Shown in pieces: positions 36,280-46,784 of a stretch of 48,276 nucleotides of DNA (position 1 is the stretch's first letter; each line of letters opens with the position of its first letter). Both the position numbers and the translations under genes were made by a program. The stretch spans positions 1 to 48,276 of the forward strand of contig JARYMK010000003.1 of assembly GCA_029907165.1 (NCBI GenBank), read 5' to 3'. A model generated the notes under the pieces. The model searched no databases. It was given only the letters and a program-made list of their open reading frames with translations, and was not told where the DNA came from. The DNA is from Anaerolineae bacterium (lineage in GTDB: Bacteria > Chloroflexota > Anaerolineae > DTLA01).

Positions 36280-36785
36280 CCCCTGTCCGGGTTGTAGGCC
36301 ATGCGGAACAGCGTCCTGTCGCCCCGCGTGAAGACGATGAAGTGCCAGTCCACGCGCTCCAGCAGTTGTTGCGCCAGGTCGGCGACTTCCGCGTCCTGGT
36401 CAAAATAGGCGGCGGCAGTGATGACCCCGTTCAGGCAGAGGGCGGTGTCTATCGTGGAATACTCGCACTTGCGGAACCGCTCGCCGTTCTCCATGTGCAG
36501 GAAGTGGGCGAAGAATCCGCGATGGTGCGCGGCGGCATTGCAGAGCGTGCGGAGCGTCCCGCGCACGATGGCGCGCGCCTCGGCTGCGGGCAGGAAGCCG
36601 CGCTCGCAGGCGATCACCCACGCGGTGAGCGCGAAGCCCACCGCCGCGATGGATGCGACGCTCGGCCGCTTGGTGGAATCCGCCGTCAGCCCGAAGCCGG
36701 GGCTGTCGGGGGTCAGATTGGTGTAGTCCAGGAAGAATTGGAGGGAGCCCCTCAATTCCCTGTCAAGAAGCATAGGGGCCTTCAT
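36276..36785 (-). pseudogene. 3'-truncated glucoamylase-family (GH144-like) glycoside hydrolase, ~170 aa N-terminal fragment
   Basis: SPGFGL, ASIAAVGFAL, GFFAHF, EYSTIDTA, VDW and MAYNPD match the N-terminal half of 37783-39171. The similarity then stops. Confidence 0.8.
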
Positions 36786-36786
36786 G

Positions 36787-37776
36787 TCATATCACCGGAT
36801 GCGACGCGAGATTTCGGCTGGAAGACTGGCGCTGAATGAACTCGGCGGGAATACGGCGGGTATCAAAGGCAGGCCCGTTTTCCAGGAAGTCAATCAGGCG
36901 CGCGGCGGCGGCCGATCCCCATCCGACGCGCGAGACGCGGACTGTGGACAGGGATGGCTGCATGTACCGGGCGAGGGGAATGTCATCAAAGCCAACGATG
37001 GCCACATCGTCGGGCACGCGAATGCGGTGCTCCTTCAACGCCTCAATGAACCCGATGGCCATCTGGTCGTTGGCGCAGAAGATGGCCTCTGGCAAGTTGC
37101 CGGACGCAATCGCCCCTTGCGCGGCCTCGTAGCCGGACGGCTGGGTGAAATTCCCCTCGTAGCAGACGACCGAGAGGCCGTTCCTCTCCGCCTCTTCCAG
37201 GAAGGTTGTCCGCCGCTCGGCGTTGTCAAACGAATCGGCAGCGCCGGACACGAAGGCGAGCCGCCGCGCTCCCTGCTCGTACAGGTGCCGGAACACCTCC
37301 CGCGTGCCGGTGGGGTTATCCACCAGCACCGGAAAGACAAAATCGGCTTCCATGTAGCGATCCAACGTAACGATGGGGAATCGCTTCCAGGCCAGCCGCG
37401 CGATGAGGTCGCTGGAAATCTTCGTATCAAACACGATGGCGCCATCCACCTGGCGGTAGGTCAGGATGCGGCGCGTGGTGCGCGTCTCGGGGCAGATGAG
37501 GAGTTCATAGTCGGTTTGCAGGATGGCGTTGTGGATGCCCTCCAGAACCTCCTCGTAGAACAGGCCGCCCAGTCGGGTGATGAAGACCCCGATGGTGCGC
37601 GTTCTGCGCTTCCTGAGGTGCCGCGCGAACGCATTCGGGTGGTAGTTGAGTTCTTCGGCTGCCGCCAGAACGCGCTGGCGGGTGGCCTCGCTGATGTTCC
37701 CCTTGCCATTCAGCGCGTAGGACGCGGTGGTGATGCTGACACCTGCCCTCTTGGCGACGTCTTTGATGGTGATCAT
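36787..37776 (-). CDS. LacI family transcriptional regulator
   Basis: TIKDVAKRAGVSITTAS, LNYHPN, AIFCANDQMA and VPDDVAIVGFDD. Confidence 0.95.
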   Translation of the reverse strand: MITIKDVAKRAGVSITTASYALNGKGNISEATRQRVLAAAEELNYHPNAFARHLRKRRTRTIGVFITRLGGLFYEEVLEGIHNAILQTDYELLICPETRTTRRILTYRQVDGAIVFDTKISSDLIARLAWKRFPIVTLDRYMEADFVFPVLVDNPTGTREVFRHLYEQGARRLAFVSGAADSFDNAERRTTFLEEAERNGLSVVCYEGNFTQPSGYEAAQGAIASGNLPEAIFCANDQMAIGFIEALKEHRIRVPDDVAIVGFDDIPLARYMQPSLSTVRVSRVGWGSAAAARLIDFLENGPAFDTRRIPAEFIQRQSSSRNLASHPVI

Positions 37777-37782
37777 CGGCGC

Positions 37783-39171
37783 TTACTCTGCTCGCTTCGT
37801 GAACTGAAGGCGCTCCAGGCCCTTCTGGATGTGCGCGTTCCGCATCGTGATGGTGTAGATGAAATCGCTCTGGTAGTTCGCCAGCATGAGCAGGGAGATG
37901 CCCTTATCTATGCCGATCACGTCGGTCGCGAACCAGCCTCTGCTCAAGTTGAACGCATCGCGGAACCCGTAGGGGCCTTTGAGCCGCTCAAACGAATAGT
38001 AGTGTACCATAGCCTGTTCGGCCTGTTTCGGCAAAAACACGATGGAGCCAATGGCGCCGGCCGGCGGCACCGTATCGTCCACGTAGTGCGACTTGTAGTC
38101 ATAGCCCGACGGCGGCGCGCCGTAGCGGCCCTCGTATCCATCGGGGCCGTCGCATGCCGTCAGCCCCCAGGCCAGCGGGCCGATGGTTTCGTACTTGTCA
38201 TCCACGGCCACGGCGAAATTGTAGTGCGCCAGCGAAGCCTCCACCGAGTTGTCAAACCAGTTGACCCCGTCCCGGTCGTAGTAGTTTCTGAAATCTATCC
38301 ACGCGTGGCTGAACTGGTAGGTGAAAATGGAGCCGAACCACGAGTGGATGAACGGCTTGCCGTCCCCGTACTTGGCGCGGTGTCTTGTGAACGAGTAGTA
38401 AACGGCGGGGTCAATGGGGTGAGTATCCGAACCGGCCGCGAGAATGTAGAGCATCAGTTGCTCGGCGTAGAAATCCCAGTATCCCTCAAACCCCTTTTCG
38501 GGCCTGTAGGCCATGTAGAACATCTTGCGCGACTTGTCCACGAACCACGGCCAGTTGACCTCATCGTAGATGCGCTGGGCCTTGGCCTCAATGTCGCCGC
38601 CGAAGTACTCGCCCACCGACAGGACGCCCATCAGGAGGATGGCCGTGTCAATGCTGGAGACCTCGCTGTTCCAGGCCCGCTTGCCGCTACGCATGTCCAG
38701 GTAGTGGTAGTAGAACCCGTTGACGCGCTCCAGCGAGAGCAGCGTGTCCAGCGTCCCGCTGACCCGCTCGTAAACCTCCTGCTGGGACACATACCCCTTC
38801 TGGATGCCGACAAGGTATGCGGTCAGCCCGAAGCCCACCGACGCAATGCTGGAAATCCCCGGCGAGCCCGGATACCGGTCGCGGATGAGTCCGTAGCCCG
38901 GGCTGCCCGCTTCGGTGTTGGCCTGCTCCCAGAAGAATCGGAATGCCCCCGACATCTCAAACTCAATCACGTCGCCCACGGGCACCGGCGTCGGCGTGGC
39001 CGTCGGCGCGGCCGTTGGCGTGGGCGTCGGCTCGGGTGTCGCCGACGGGGTCGCGGTGGCCGCCGGCGTGTCGGTCGCCGCGGGGACGACCGCGGTCGGC
39101 GTGGCCACGGGCGCAGCGCACCCGCTCACCAGCAGCAGCAAGACAAGCGTCAGGGCAAGGGTTTTATTCAC
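37783..39171 (-). CDS. Lipoprotein glycoside hydrolase, glucoamylase family (GH144-like endo-beta-1,2-glucanase)
   Basis: Lipobox LVSGC and PT linker. Motifs SIASVGFGL, EVSSIDTA, YAEQLMLY, FTYQFSHAWIDFR, WGLTACDGP, GPYGFRDAFN and IGIDKG. Confidence 0.85.
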   Translation of the reverse strand: MNKTLALTLVLLLLVSGCAAPVATPTAVVPAATDTPAATATPSATPEPTPTPTAAPTATPTPVPVGDVIEFEMSGAFRFFWEQANTEAGSPGYGLIRDRYPGSPGISSIASVGFGLTAYLVGIQKGYVSQQEVYERVSGTLDTLLSLERVNGFYYHYLDMRSGKRAWNSEVSSIDTAILLMGVLSVGEYFGGDIEAKAQRIYDEVNWPWFVDKSRKMFYMAYRPEKGFEGYWDFYAEQLMLYILAAGSDTHPIDPAVYYSFTRHRAKYGDGKPFIHSWFGSIFTYQFSHAWIDFRNYYDRDGVNWFDNSVEASLAHYNFAVAVDDKYETIGPLAWGLTACDGPDGYEGRYGAPPSGYDYKSHYVDDTVPPAGAIGSIVFLPKQAEQAMVHYYSFERLKGPYGFRDAFNLSRGWFATDVIGIDKGISLLMLANYQSDFIYTITMRNAHIQKGLERLQFTKRAE

Positions 39172-40171
39172 CGACGATCCCCGTCCTTTCAACGGATTCC
39201 ACGAACCACTTCTGCAGGATGAAGTACATGATGAGCAGCGGCAGGATGTTCAGGAACGTGCCGCTCAACTTGACCGCCTCGTTGATGCGGTCAAAGATGT
39301 TGACCATCCCCGGCGGGTACAGGTTCTCGTAGGCCTGGACGAACTTGGACAGTTGCATGGGCAAGGTCTGAATGCCACCCTCCAGGAAAACGACCGTCAG
39401 GTAGGTCTCGTTCCAGTACCAGACGACGGAAAAGATGAAGGACACGATGTATGCGGGGATGGCGCTTGGCACGGCGATCTTGAGGAAGACCTTGAGGTCG
39501 GAAGCGCCGTCCAGCCGCGCCGCCTCTTCCAGCACCTTGGGCAGCGACAGGAAGGTCTGGTAGAAGATCAGGATGAAGATCGCGCTCCGGAACCCCTGAC
39601 CCATGGACGCGGGCAGGATGAGGCACAGGATGTTGCCCAGAAGCCCCAACTGCCGGTATGTCAGCATCTGCGGGATGACCGTGTTCTGGGGCGGGATGAT
39701 GAACGTGGCCAGGATGAGCGCGAACAGCAGGCCCTTGCCCCAGAACCGGTAGCGCGCGAGGCCGTAGCCGATGACCGAGCACACCATGGTCTGGATCACC
39801 GACGGCACGACGCTCACGAGGATGGAAGCGAGCAGGGTTGACGGGTAGTTCAGGACGCGGAACGCCTTGACATAATTGCCTAAGTACCATTGGGTCGGCA
39901 CCCATTGCACCATCGGGTTCAGCAAGTCGGTGGGACTCTTGAAACTGGTGATGAGCATGAACAGGAGCGGGTACAGGTAAACGAACCCGATGGCCACCAG
40001 CACGGCGTAGAGCAGAACGGTAACGATGAGGCCGCGCCTGGATCGCGAGCCGAAGAGGAAGCCCCTCACGGTGTCCTGATGCTGCCGGGCCCACCGCGCG
40101 GCGTTCGCCACGTGCGTCGCCACCAGGCCGAGCCGAGCGTTGTCTCTCAGAGATCGCAGTCGGGATGTCAT
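39164..40171 (-). CDS. Carbohydrate ABC transporter permease (MalG-like)
   Basis: GYGLARYRFWGK, the EAA loop LEEAARLDGAS and WYWNE. ATGA overlap with the upstream permease. Confidence 0.92.
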   Translation of the reverse strand: MTSRLRSLRDNARLGLVATHVANAARWARQHQDTVRGFLFGSRSRRGLIVTVLLYAVLVAIGFVYLYPLLFMLITSFKSPTDLLNPMVQWVPTQWYLGNYVKAFRVLNYPSTLLASILVSVVPSVIQTMVCSVIGYGLARYRFWGKGLLFALILATFIIPPQNTVIPQMLTYRQLGLLGNILCLILPASMGQGFRSAIFILIFYQTFLSLPKVLEEAARLDGASDLKVFLKIAVPSAIPAYIVSFIFSVVWYWNETYLTVVFLEGGIQTLPMQLSKFVQAYENLYPPGMVNIFDRINEAVKLSGTFLNILPLLIMYFILQKWFVESVERTGIVGE

Positions 40172-41058
40172 GCGGACACCCTCCTGACGCGCGATGCCAA
40201 CAGAAGGTAGATGAGCAGCAGGATCAGCACAAGGGCCGCCAGGTACAGGAAGGACATGGCGCTGGCGTAGCCGATCCCGCCCCTGATGACATACGTCTGG
40301 CTGTAGATGTACTTGACGACCTTGTTCTCGGAGAAGTGCGACAGCGTGATGACAGTGTAAATCGCCACGACGATGTTGGTGGTGGACAGGGATGGCAGGG
40401 TAATCTTCCAGAACGCCTCCCACGCCGATGCGCCGTCAATCGCCGCCGCTTCGTAGATGCTCTTGTCTATCTTCTGCAGGCTGGCCAGATAGATGAGAAT
40501 CTGCACGCCGGAAAACCACAGGATGAGGATGAAAGAACTCAACAGGTACTGTACCGGATTCCGGATGGCGGTCGGGAGTTGCGCCAGAAAGTCCAGCAGC
40601 GCCGCCGACCGGGCAATCTGGGGCACGGAGGCCGCGCCCTGTGCCACGAGTTCCTTGATCACCGGGCCGCTGGTGATGACCACCGGCAGGAAGAAGATAA
40701 TCCTGAATGCTCCCCTGAGCCTGAACTTCAGATTCAGGAACATGGCGATGAGCATGGAGAAGATGAGCACAATCGGCACGGATACCAGGGTCTCAATACT
40801 GTATTCCACCAGCAGTTGCACGAAGGTAGGGTCGGTGAACAGGGCTCGCGTGTAGTTCTTCCACTCGGCGTACTGCATTCGGATTCCCGTGGCCTCCACG
40901 ACCACGTCGTGAAGGCTGTACCGGAACGTCTGCACCAGCGGCGTCAGCGTGAAAAGGGCGAACCCGATGATCCAGATGAGGACGAACAGGTATCCGTACG
41001 ACGCCTCGCGGAGTCGGTACCTGGTCTGAATCGGGCGGAAACCCCTGCGCACGTTCAT
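40168..41058 (-). CDS. Carbohydrate ABC transporter permease (MalF-like)
   Basis: FRIIFFLPV, YLASLQ and YEAAAIDGAS.W..FWKITLP. Confidence 0.93.
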   Translation of the reverse strand: MNVRRGFRPIQTRYRLREASYGYLFVLIWIIGFALFTLTPLVQTFRYSLHDVVVEATGIRMQYAEWKNYTRALFTDPTFVQLLVEYSIETLVSVPIVLIFSMLIAMFLNLKFRLRGAFRIIFFLPVVITSGPVIKELVAQGAASVPQIARSAALLDFLAQLPTAIRNPVQYLLSSFILILWFSGVQILIYLASLQKIDKSIYEAAAIDGASAWEAFWKITLPSLSTTNIVVAIYTVITLSHFSENKVVKYIYSQTYVIRGGIGYASAMSFLYLAALVLILLLIYLLLASRVRRVSA

Positions 41059-43247
41059 GGCACTGCCTCCCTGAGGAGCGCATCCCTGGCCGGGATGACA
41101 AGGCCGTCGGCGCGGAAGGGCTTGTCGTTGTAGTTGACGATGATCTGCTTCCCGTTGCTATACGTGGTCGCCACCACTCCTTCGGCCAGATTCTGCCTTG
41201 CCACGATACTGGCGCCCTTGACGGGGGCCAGCAAGCGATTCAACCATGCGTAACTCTCGCGGATTTCGTCCCCCAACTGGTGGAAGGCCGAGAGGTAAAT
41301 CCAACTGGAGCGGGTGTTGAGAATCCGCGCCGTCTCCTCGTAACTGACGAAGAACGACGGATACACGCCGAAATCGGCATGGCGCAGAAGGTCGCCCCGC
41401 ACGTCGGGGGAAAAGTTCAGCGCAGTGCCGAAGTAGGGGACGTAGCCCGACAGCGCGATTTGCAGGAACGGCACAGGCCCACTGGTGTACGTGTAGCCGC
41501 TGTCCGTCAGGGGCATGTCGTAGTACGCGGCTGCGTAGCCCAGCGCGTAATCGTTGGGCGTGTAGAATGCCAGGCTTCCGTCGGTCTGGGCCAGCAGTTC
41601 CCGATAGTGGCCGATGGCGTCCTCGCGGTTCACGACGCGGCCACCCCTGAAGTCGCTGTAGAGCGTGTCGCCAATCCCGTCCAGCGCCAGGCCGGCCTGG
41701 AGTTTGGCGCTGACGTCCCGCCGCAGGGAAGCGAGGCGATCCCGCAGGGCCGCAAGAGTGAAGTAATAGTTGGCTTTGTTGCGGTTGTAGCCCTCCATGT
41801 ACAGGCCCGTGATGGACATCGCCAGGTCGTAGCGCGAGGAGTAACCGCCTTCTCCCTTCAGCGCAGCCTGCGGGTCCAGGTAGAGGTAGAACGTGCCTCC
41901 CTTGGCGGCCACCTGCTCGGAGAACGCCCGCAACTCGGCGAGCGTGCCCAGTTTGGGGTCCAGCGCCAGGCGGGCGGGCGGCATGGCGGAAGCGCCCAGG
42001 GGTTGCCAGCCGTAGTAGATGACCTGCGGACTTCCCACGTCCAGCGCCGCGAACATGTCGCTCATCTGGCGGATCGTGGTCATGGGGATGGTGCGGTACC
42101 AGAACAGGACCCTTTCGCGTTCCGCGCCCAGGAACTCAAGCCTAATGCCGATCCTGTCGCCCACGTCGGCGCGCTTGTGCAACCGCCCGCTCTGGAGCAG
42201 GTACTGCTGGTAACTCCGCGCCATGCCCACGTAGTCCGCGTCCTTGCCCGCCAGGAACCGGTAGTGAACCTTCACGTCAAACGCATTGGTTCGGGGCTGC
42301 AAGACCGTAACCCCGTCGCCGGCGCGGCTGGTGGGCTGGAAGTAACTCTCGTTGTAGATGAAGGTATTGTAGATGAAATTGAAATTCGTGATGATGCCCG
42401 AGGGGTGCGCCCGGATTTCCCCGTAAGATGCGCCTTTCTCCAGGACGGCGATGTAGGCGTTCTGCCCCGGCCCGTGCACCATGCCGATGACCGGGATGGA
42501 CATGGAGTAGGGTCGCCGAACGGTGGGGTCATACGGCAGGCTGGTGAGCATCCCCAGGTCGGCGCCGTAGTATCGCCCGTAGAACATGTTCTGCGCTTTG
42601 GTCGTGGCGGCGAACTGGATGAGGGTGCCGCAGCCATCGGGGATGAACATGTAGCCCGGCACCTGGTCGCCCCGGGTCGCGCCCATGAACGGGTACAGGT
42701 GGAGCAGGCCGAGTTTGAACTCCCCACGTTCCGCGATGGAACTGAACGGCACTTCCACGCTCACGCCTGTATCCTCCAGGCGGAGCACAAGCCCCACCGA
42801 GATAGCCGGCTGGCTGAAGGTTACAAGCGCCTCAATGCCCTGGTCAATCGGCTTCACGTCCAGGGTATGTTCGGCGTTGGTGATGGACGCGCGTCGGCTG
42901 ACGGCCTTCTGGTCCAGGTAGTCAATGCTGAAGCCGCTCTGCGCGAACGCCTGCCACGTCCTGTTGAGGCGGTCGCCGGGCGCCAGTTCGTCCAGATTGG
43001 AGTGCCAGACGTATCCGTTCCGCTTGTCCACCACCTTGAACGCCAGCGTGGTCTTGTTCACGTAGAGTTGGAACATGGCGTTCTCGGCAACGCGGTCGTA
43101 GGACGCCGGTATCTCGCCGTCCAGCCGCCGGAACAGCGCCGAACCTGAGCCGGCGCCTGTGGCCGAGGCCGCCGCCACCTCGGGGCACAGCCCCAGAATC
43201 AGGCCGATCGCCATCAGAACCCGAGCCAGTCTCCACACCCTAGCCAC
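41055..43247 (-). CDS. DUF5696-like secreted protein
   Basis: Signal peptide, [45 protein letters not shown] and TTYSNG..IIVNY. Sits in its typical ABC-operon position. Confidence 0.75.
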   Translation of the reverse strand: MARVWRLARVLMAIGLILGLCPEVAAASATGAGSGSALFRRLDGEIPASYDRVAENAMFQLYVNKTTLAFKVVDKRNGYVWHSNLDELAPGDRLNRTWQAFAQSGFSIDYLDQKAVSRRASITNAEHTLDVKPIDQGIEALVTFSQPAISVGLVLRLEDTGVSVEVPFSSIAERGEFKLGLLHLYPFMGATRGDQVPGYMFIPDGCGTLIQFAATTKAQNMFYGRYYGADLGMLTSLPYDPTVRRPYSMSIPVIGMVHGPGQNAYIAVLEKGASYGEIRAHPSGIITNFNFIYNTFIYNESYFQPTSRAGDGVTVLQPRTNAFDVKVHYRFLAGKDADYVGMARSYQQYLLQSGRLHKRADVGDRIGIRLEFLGAERERVLFWYRTIPMTTIRQMSDMFAALDVGSPQVIYYGWQPLGASAMPPARLALDPKLGTLAELRAFSEQVAAKGGTFYLYLDPQAALKGEGGYSSRYDLAMSITGLYMEGYNRNKANYYFTLAALRDRLASLRRDVSAKLQAGLALDGIGDTLYSDFRGGRVVNREDAIGHYRELLAQTDGSLAFYTPNDYALGYAAAYYDMPLTDSGYTYTSGPVPFLQIALSGYVPYFGTALNFSPDVRGDLLRHADFGVYPSFFVSYEETARILNTRSSWIYLSAFHQLGDEIRESYAWLNRLLAPVKGASIVARQNLAEGVVATTYSNGKQIIVNYNDKPFRADGLVIPARDALLREAVP

Positions 43248-45246
43248 GCAGTCTTACCTCTCGCGAAATCGTTACAACGAAGTCAAACAGTTGATTGAAC
43301 AGCACGTACAGGATGTACCCCGTGAGCAGCATGACCGCCATCGTGAACACCGTGTACAGGATGTTGCGGATGGTCTCCGACACGGAGTAGTTGTGAATCT
43401 CCTTCACCATCAGGAAGAGCATCAGCGCGACCCAGGCATCCACCAGCCGGATTGAGAAGGTGTAGATGAAGACCTCGTTGAGCGTCAACACGTTGGACAG
43501 CAGCGCGATGGGCAGGGTGAACAGGGCGTAGGGGAACAGGCTGTAGGCCGTGCCGATGATCACGTCTCGGACGCGGCCCTCGCCGTCGCTGATGGTGGAG
43601 ACGAGGTAGTTGGCGCTGTTCCACAGCACGATGAGCAGGGCCGAGTACAGAATCTCATTCTGCGGCCGGATGGCCGACGGGACAGGGTAGCGGTTGAAGA
43701 TGAACCCCGTCAGGTACAGCGCCAGCACCCTGCTCGCGATCACCCAGGCGTACAGCAGGAAGGCGAAGGTCAGGCTCCCGCGCAGTTTCTGCTTGATGTA
43801 GTAGAAACTATCCGCCGGCTGTTTGATGAAGCGGAACATGAACACGAAATCGTCCACAAGCCGCACCCGCGCCAGCGCCCTCACGCCGTTCCTGACGGGG
43901 GCAAACCACCCGTAGCGGCGGTCAACACGCGCCAGCGCGCTCTGCACCACGCCCAGGCCGATCATGGCCAGGATGGCGCTGCCCAGGTACCGCTGCAACA
44001 GGTTGTTGCGCAGTTCCCAGAAGGCTTCGGAGTAGCCGTTCCTGTCTTCCGCATACCGGTAGTTCACGAACGCCTGGGCGTAGTCGCCTTCTTTGAAGTA
44101 GGCGTCGGCGATGGCCTGATAGGCCATTCGGTACGCGCCGTTGTACTTCAGCACCTGCTCAAAATACGGCTTGGCTTCCCTGTAGAAGCCCTCGGTGTAC
44201 AGGCGAACACCCTCGTGAACCAGGGTGGCAAACCTGGTGGCCCGATAGATGACGATGGCGTTCTTGTCCTTGTCCAGCACGTAGAGGTCCTTGTCGTGGT
44301 ACGCGATGGCGGTGGGATTGCGCAGGGTTCCCAGGCGCTGTTCGCCCCTATCCTTGGCCCCGAAGACGAACAGCAGCATGCCCTTGACGTCGTACTCGTA
44401 GATCAGCCCGTCTGCGTCCACGGCGACCACCAAGCCGGTGTCGCTGACGTCAATATCGCGGAACGTGGTTGACCCGTAGGCGTCCGGGAAGATGTTGTCG
44501 CCCGCCACCGTGAAGCGGCGGATCGCCCGCGTTCGCGCCGTGCCGGCCGTTACGGTGAACACCATGGAATCCGGGTCAATGGCCACGTTGGACGGCGAGG
44601 CCGCCTCGCTCTTGATGAACTGGGCCAGTTGCTCCTTGGTCAGGAACATCCTTTGCAAAATCATCTTGAGCGACATGGTGGCCGGGTTCGCGCCGAAATA
44701 CCCGATGAAGTTGCCGTTGAGGTTCATCTTGACCAGGCCGTTCACCGAGCCTTCGCTGACCACGTAGAGATTCTGGCGGACATCCACGGCGATCTTGCGG
44801 GGCAGGAATTGCGTGTCCTTGCCGAAAAGCGGTTCGCTGGGCCGGCCAAACTGCTTCCGAACGTTCCCGTCGGAATCCAGAATCACGATGGCGTTGGCCT
44901 TGGCGTCGGCCACGTACAGCGTCCCCTCACCGTCCACGTAAATCCCCGTTGGGCCTTTCAGCGCGCCCTTGCCATACGAGGCGACCTCGGCGAAATCCCG
45001 CAGAACGAGAATGCGGGCGTTGCCGGTATCCGCGATGTAGATGGTGCCATCGCGGGCGATGAACATGTCTTCCGCGCCGGATATGGGGAGGTCCACCTCG
45101 GCGACGGGGATGTAGGCGTCCTGGGTCAGGTGCAGCCGCCCGCCCGGCCCCATGGCGCGGGTGGTGTAGGGGGCTTCGGCGCTTGCGCCCGCTGCCAACG
45201 CCACGTATGCGATTAGCACCGCGAGGATCAGCGCGATACGCTTCAT
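43240..45246 (-). CDS. NHL-repeat beta-propeller + TPR + Yip1 membrane domain protein
   Basis: Signal peptide, [11 protein letters not shown] and [14 protein letters not shown]-like [27 protein letters not shown]-terminal multi-TM domain with DGEG. Confidence 0.8.
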   Translation of the reverse strand: MKRIALILAVLIAYVALAAGASAEAPYTTRAMGPGGRLHLTQDAYIPVAEVDLPISGAEDMFIARDGTIYIADTGNARILVLRDFAEVASYGKGALKGPTGIYVDGEGTLYVADAKANAIVILDSDGNVRKQFGRPSEPLFGKDTQFLPRKIAVDVRQNLYVVSEGSVNGLVKMNLNGNFIGYFGANPATMSLKMILQRMFLTKEQLAQFIKSEAASPSNVAIDPDSMVFTVTAGTARTRAIRRFTVAGDNIFPDAYGSTTFRDIDVSDTGLVVAVDADGLIYEYDVKGMLLFVFGAKDRGEQRLGTLRNPTAIAYHDKDLYVLDKDKNAIVIYRATRFATLVHEGVRLYTEGFYREAKPYFEQVLKYNGAYRMAYQAIADAYFKEGDYAQAFVNYRYAEDRNGYSEAFWELRNNLLQRYLGSAILAMIGLGVVQSALARVDRRYGWFAPVRNGVRALARVRLVDDFVFMFRFIKQPADSFYYIKQKLRGSLTFAFLLYAWVIASRVLALYLTGFIFNRYPVPSAIRPQNEILYSALLIVLWNSANYLVSTISDGEGRVRDVIIGTAYSLFPYALFTLPIALLSNVLTLNEVFIYTFSIRLVDAWVALMLFLMVKEIHNYSVSETIRNILYTVFTMAVMLLTGYILYVLFNQLFDFVVTISREVRLRG

Positions 45247-45959
45247 TTGATTCCCGAATGCGACATGGTGCTCATGACCTGGCTCTGCAGGAAGATGAAC
45301 ATGAGCAGGTTCGGCACGAACATGATGAGCGTGGCGGCTGCGGCAAGGCCCTGGCCGGCCACGATGTTGGCCCCCGAAGCGGTGGACGTCAGGGTGGTCA
45401 GGTAGAACGCAAAGGTCTTCAGCGTCTCGTTGTTGATGTACAGCGCCGACGTGTCCGCGTTGTTCCAGGTGGCCTGGAAGGTGAGGATGGCGATGGTGGC
45501 GATGGCTGGCTTGATCATCGGCAGGACAATCCGCCAGTAGATGTCCAGGTCGGATGCGCCGTCAATCTGGGCGGCCTCAATGACCTCGTCGGGGACGCCG
45601 TCGGTGAACTGCTTCATCAGGAAGACGCCCACCGGCATGACCAGGGCGGGGAGGATGTGCACCAGGAACGAGTCCATCAGGTGCAGCCGCACGATGACCA
45701 GAAAACGCGGAATCGTTACCGCGATGGGCACGAACATCAGGGCCACGGTGTTGATCGCGAACAGCGTCTTCTTGAGTTTGAACCGCTTCTTGGAGAGCGC
45801 GTAGGCCGCCGCCGTGGAGACCAGGATGGACGCAGCCACCGATGCCGCCGTGATGAGAACGCTGTTGAACAGGTAGCGGCTCACGGGCACGCCCGAAGTT
45901 GACATAAGACCGAACAGGTCCGTGAAGTTCTTGAGCGTGGGGTTGACGACGAAGAAGCC
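45243..45959 (-). pseudogene. 5'-truncated carbohydrate ABC transporter permease (MalG-like)
   Basis: [25 protein letters not shown] and [10 protein letters not shown]. The first TM helix is missing and an in-frame TAG lies at 45984-45986. Confidence 0.8.
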
Positions 45960-46057
45960 CGGCGTGCCGGGACCGAGCAGAACCTAGCCCCGCGAGGCCG
46001 CTACAGCACGTCCACCCCGGGCGAACGCGCACAGTCTCCGCTGCAGCAGAACTCCGC

Positions 46058-46669
46058 CTACTCCTTCGCCACGCCCCACAGGCGCACGGTGCCATCCATG
46101 GACCCCGATGCCAGGAGGGAGCCATCGGGCGAGAACGCCACGCTCTCCACCCGATGCGTGTGTCCCTCCAGGGAGCGCACGAGGGAGCCGTCGGCGACGC
46201 GCCAGACCCGGACGGTGTAGTCGGCCGACCCCGAGGCCAGGAGGGAGCCATCGGGCGAGAACGCCACGCTGTACACAGGGCTAGTCGTCTCCAGGAAGCG
46301 CGCTTCCTTCAGCGTTCCGGCATCGTACAGGTATATCCCAAGGGAACTTCCAGCAGCCAGGAGCCGCCCATCGGGGGAATATGCCACTTGCATTATCGCG
46401 CCCTTGCCCCAGCGCGCCAGTTGCGTCATCCGCTCGGCGTTGGACGGGGAGATGACGCCCGCCGGTACCGGCACCGGCGTACCGGCCAGTACAGGGAGTT
46501 GCGGCGTGGTCGTGGATGGTACTGGCGTATCGGTCGGGTGCGGCGTGGTGCTCGCTTTTGCCCGATACGGCGGCGGGGCCGTGGGCGTCGCCTTCGGCGC
46601 GCAGCCGATGAGCAGCGATGCGACGACGACCAGTGTCGCCAGAATGGTAACAATTTTCCTTGCAGACAT
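46058..46669 (-). CDS. WD40-repeat lipoprotein with only ~3 repeats
   Basis: AAGGAG RBS, lipobox LIGC and PT linker. VAYSPDG and VAFSPDGSLLASGS.D.TVR.W x2. Confidence 0.8.
   Translation of the reverse strand: MSARKIVTILATLVVVASLLIGCAPKATPTAPPPYRAKASTTPHPTDTPVPSTTTPQLPVLAGTPVPVPAGVISPSNAERMTQLARWGKGAIMQVAYSPDGRLLAAGSSLGIYLYDAGTLKEARFLETTSPVYSVAFSPDGSLLASGSADYTVRVWRVADGSLVRSLEGHTHRVESVAFSPDGSLLASGSMDGTVRLWGVAKE
46110..46270. repeat. 35-bp identical direct repeat at 126-bp spacing inside the WD40 gene
   Basis: gccaggagggagccatcgggcgagaacgccacgct at 46110-46144 and 46236-46270. Confidence 0.85.
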
Positions 46670-46784
46670 CTTTCATTCTCCTTTGTGCAACTCTATGTCT
46701 TGAAACATCCGGTGCGCTGGATCGGGTAAGTCGCGTAATCACTCTTCCTGCACATCTCCCCTTTCCAGACGGTCGGGGCTTCGG

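Noticed and set aside
36072-36785. 237-aa ORF as an intact protein
   Set aside because: The last ~67 aa are out-of-frame read-through into the GT-B fragment after the junction.
36784-39222. 812-aa plus-strand ORF, and similar long ORFs at 17842-19815, 41280-43148, 14885-16504, 13247-14809, 2392-3804 and 23968-25380
   Set aside because: These are antisense shadows of well-supported genes in GC-rich DNA, with no recognisable motifs.
36271-45961. AGCCCG as a target-site duplication of a clean 9.7-kb mobile insertion
   Set aside because: In-silico excision does not restore the GT-B gene: a TAG appears about 14 codons upstream and the N-terminus is still missing. There are no terminal repeats or recombinase. 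Kept only as a note.
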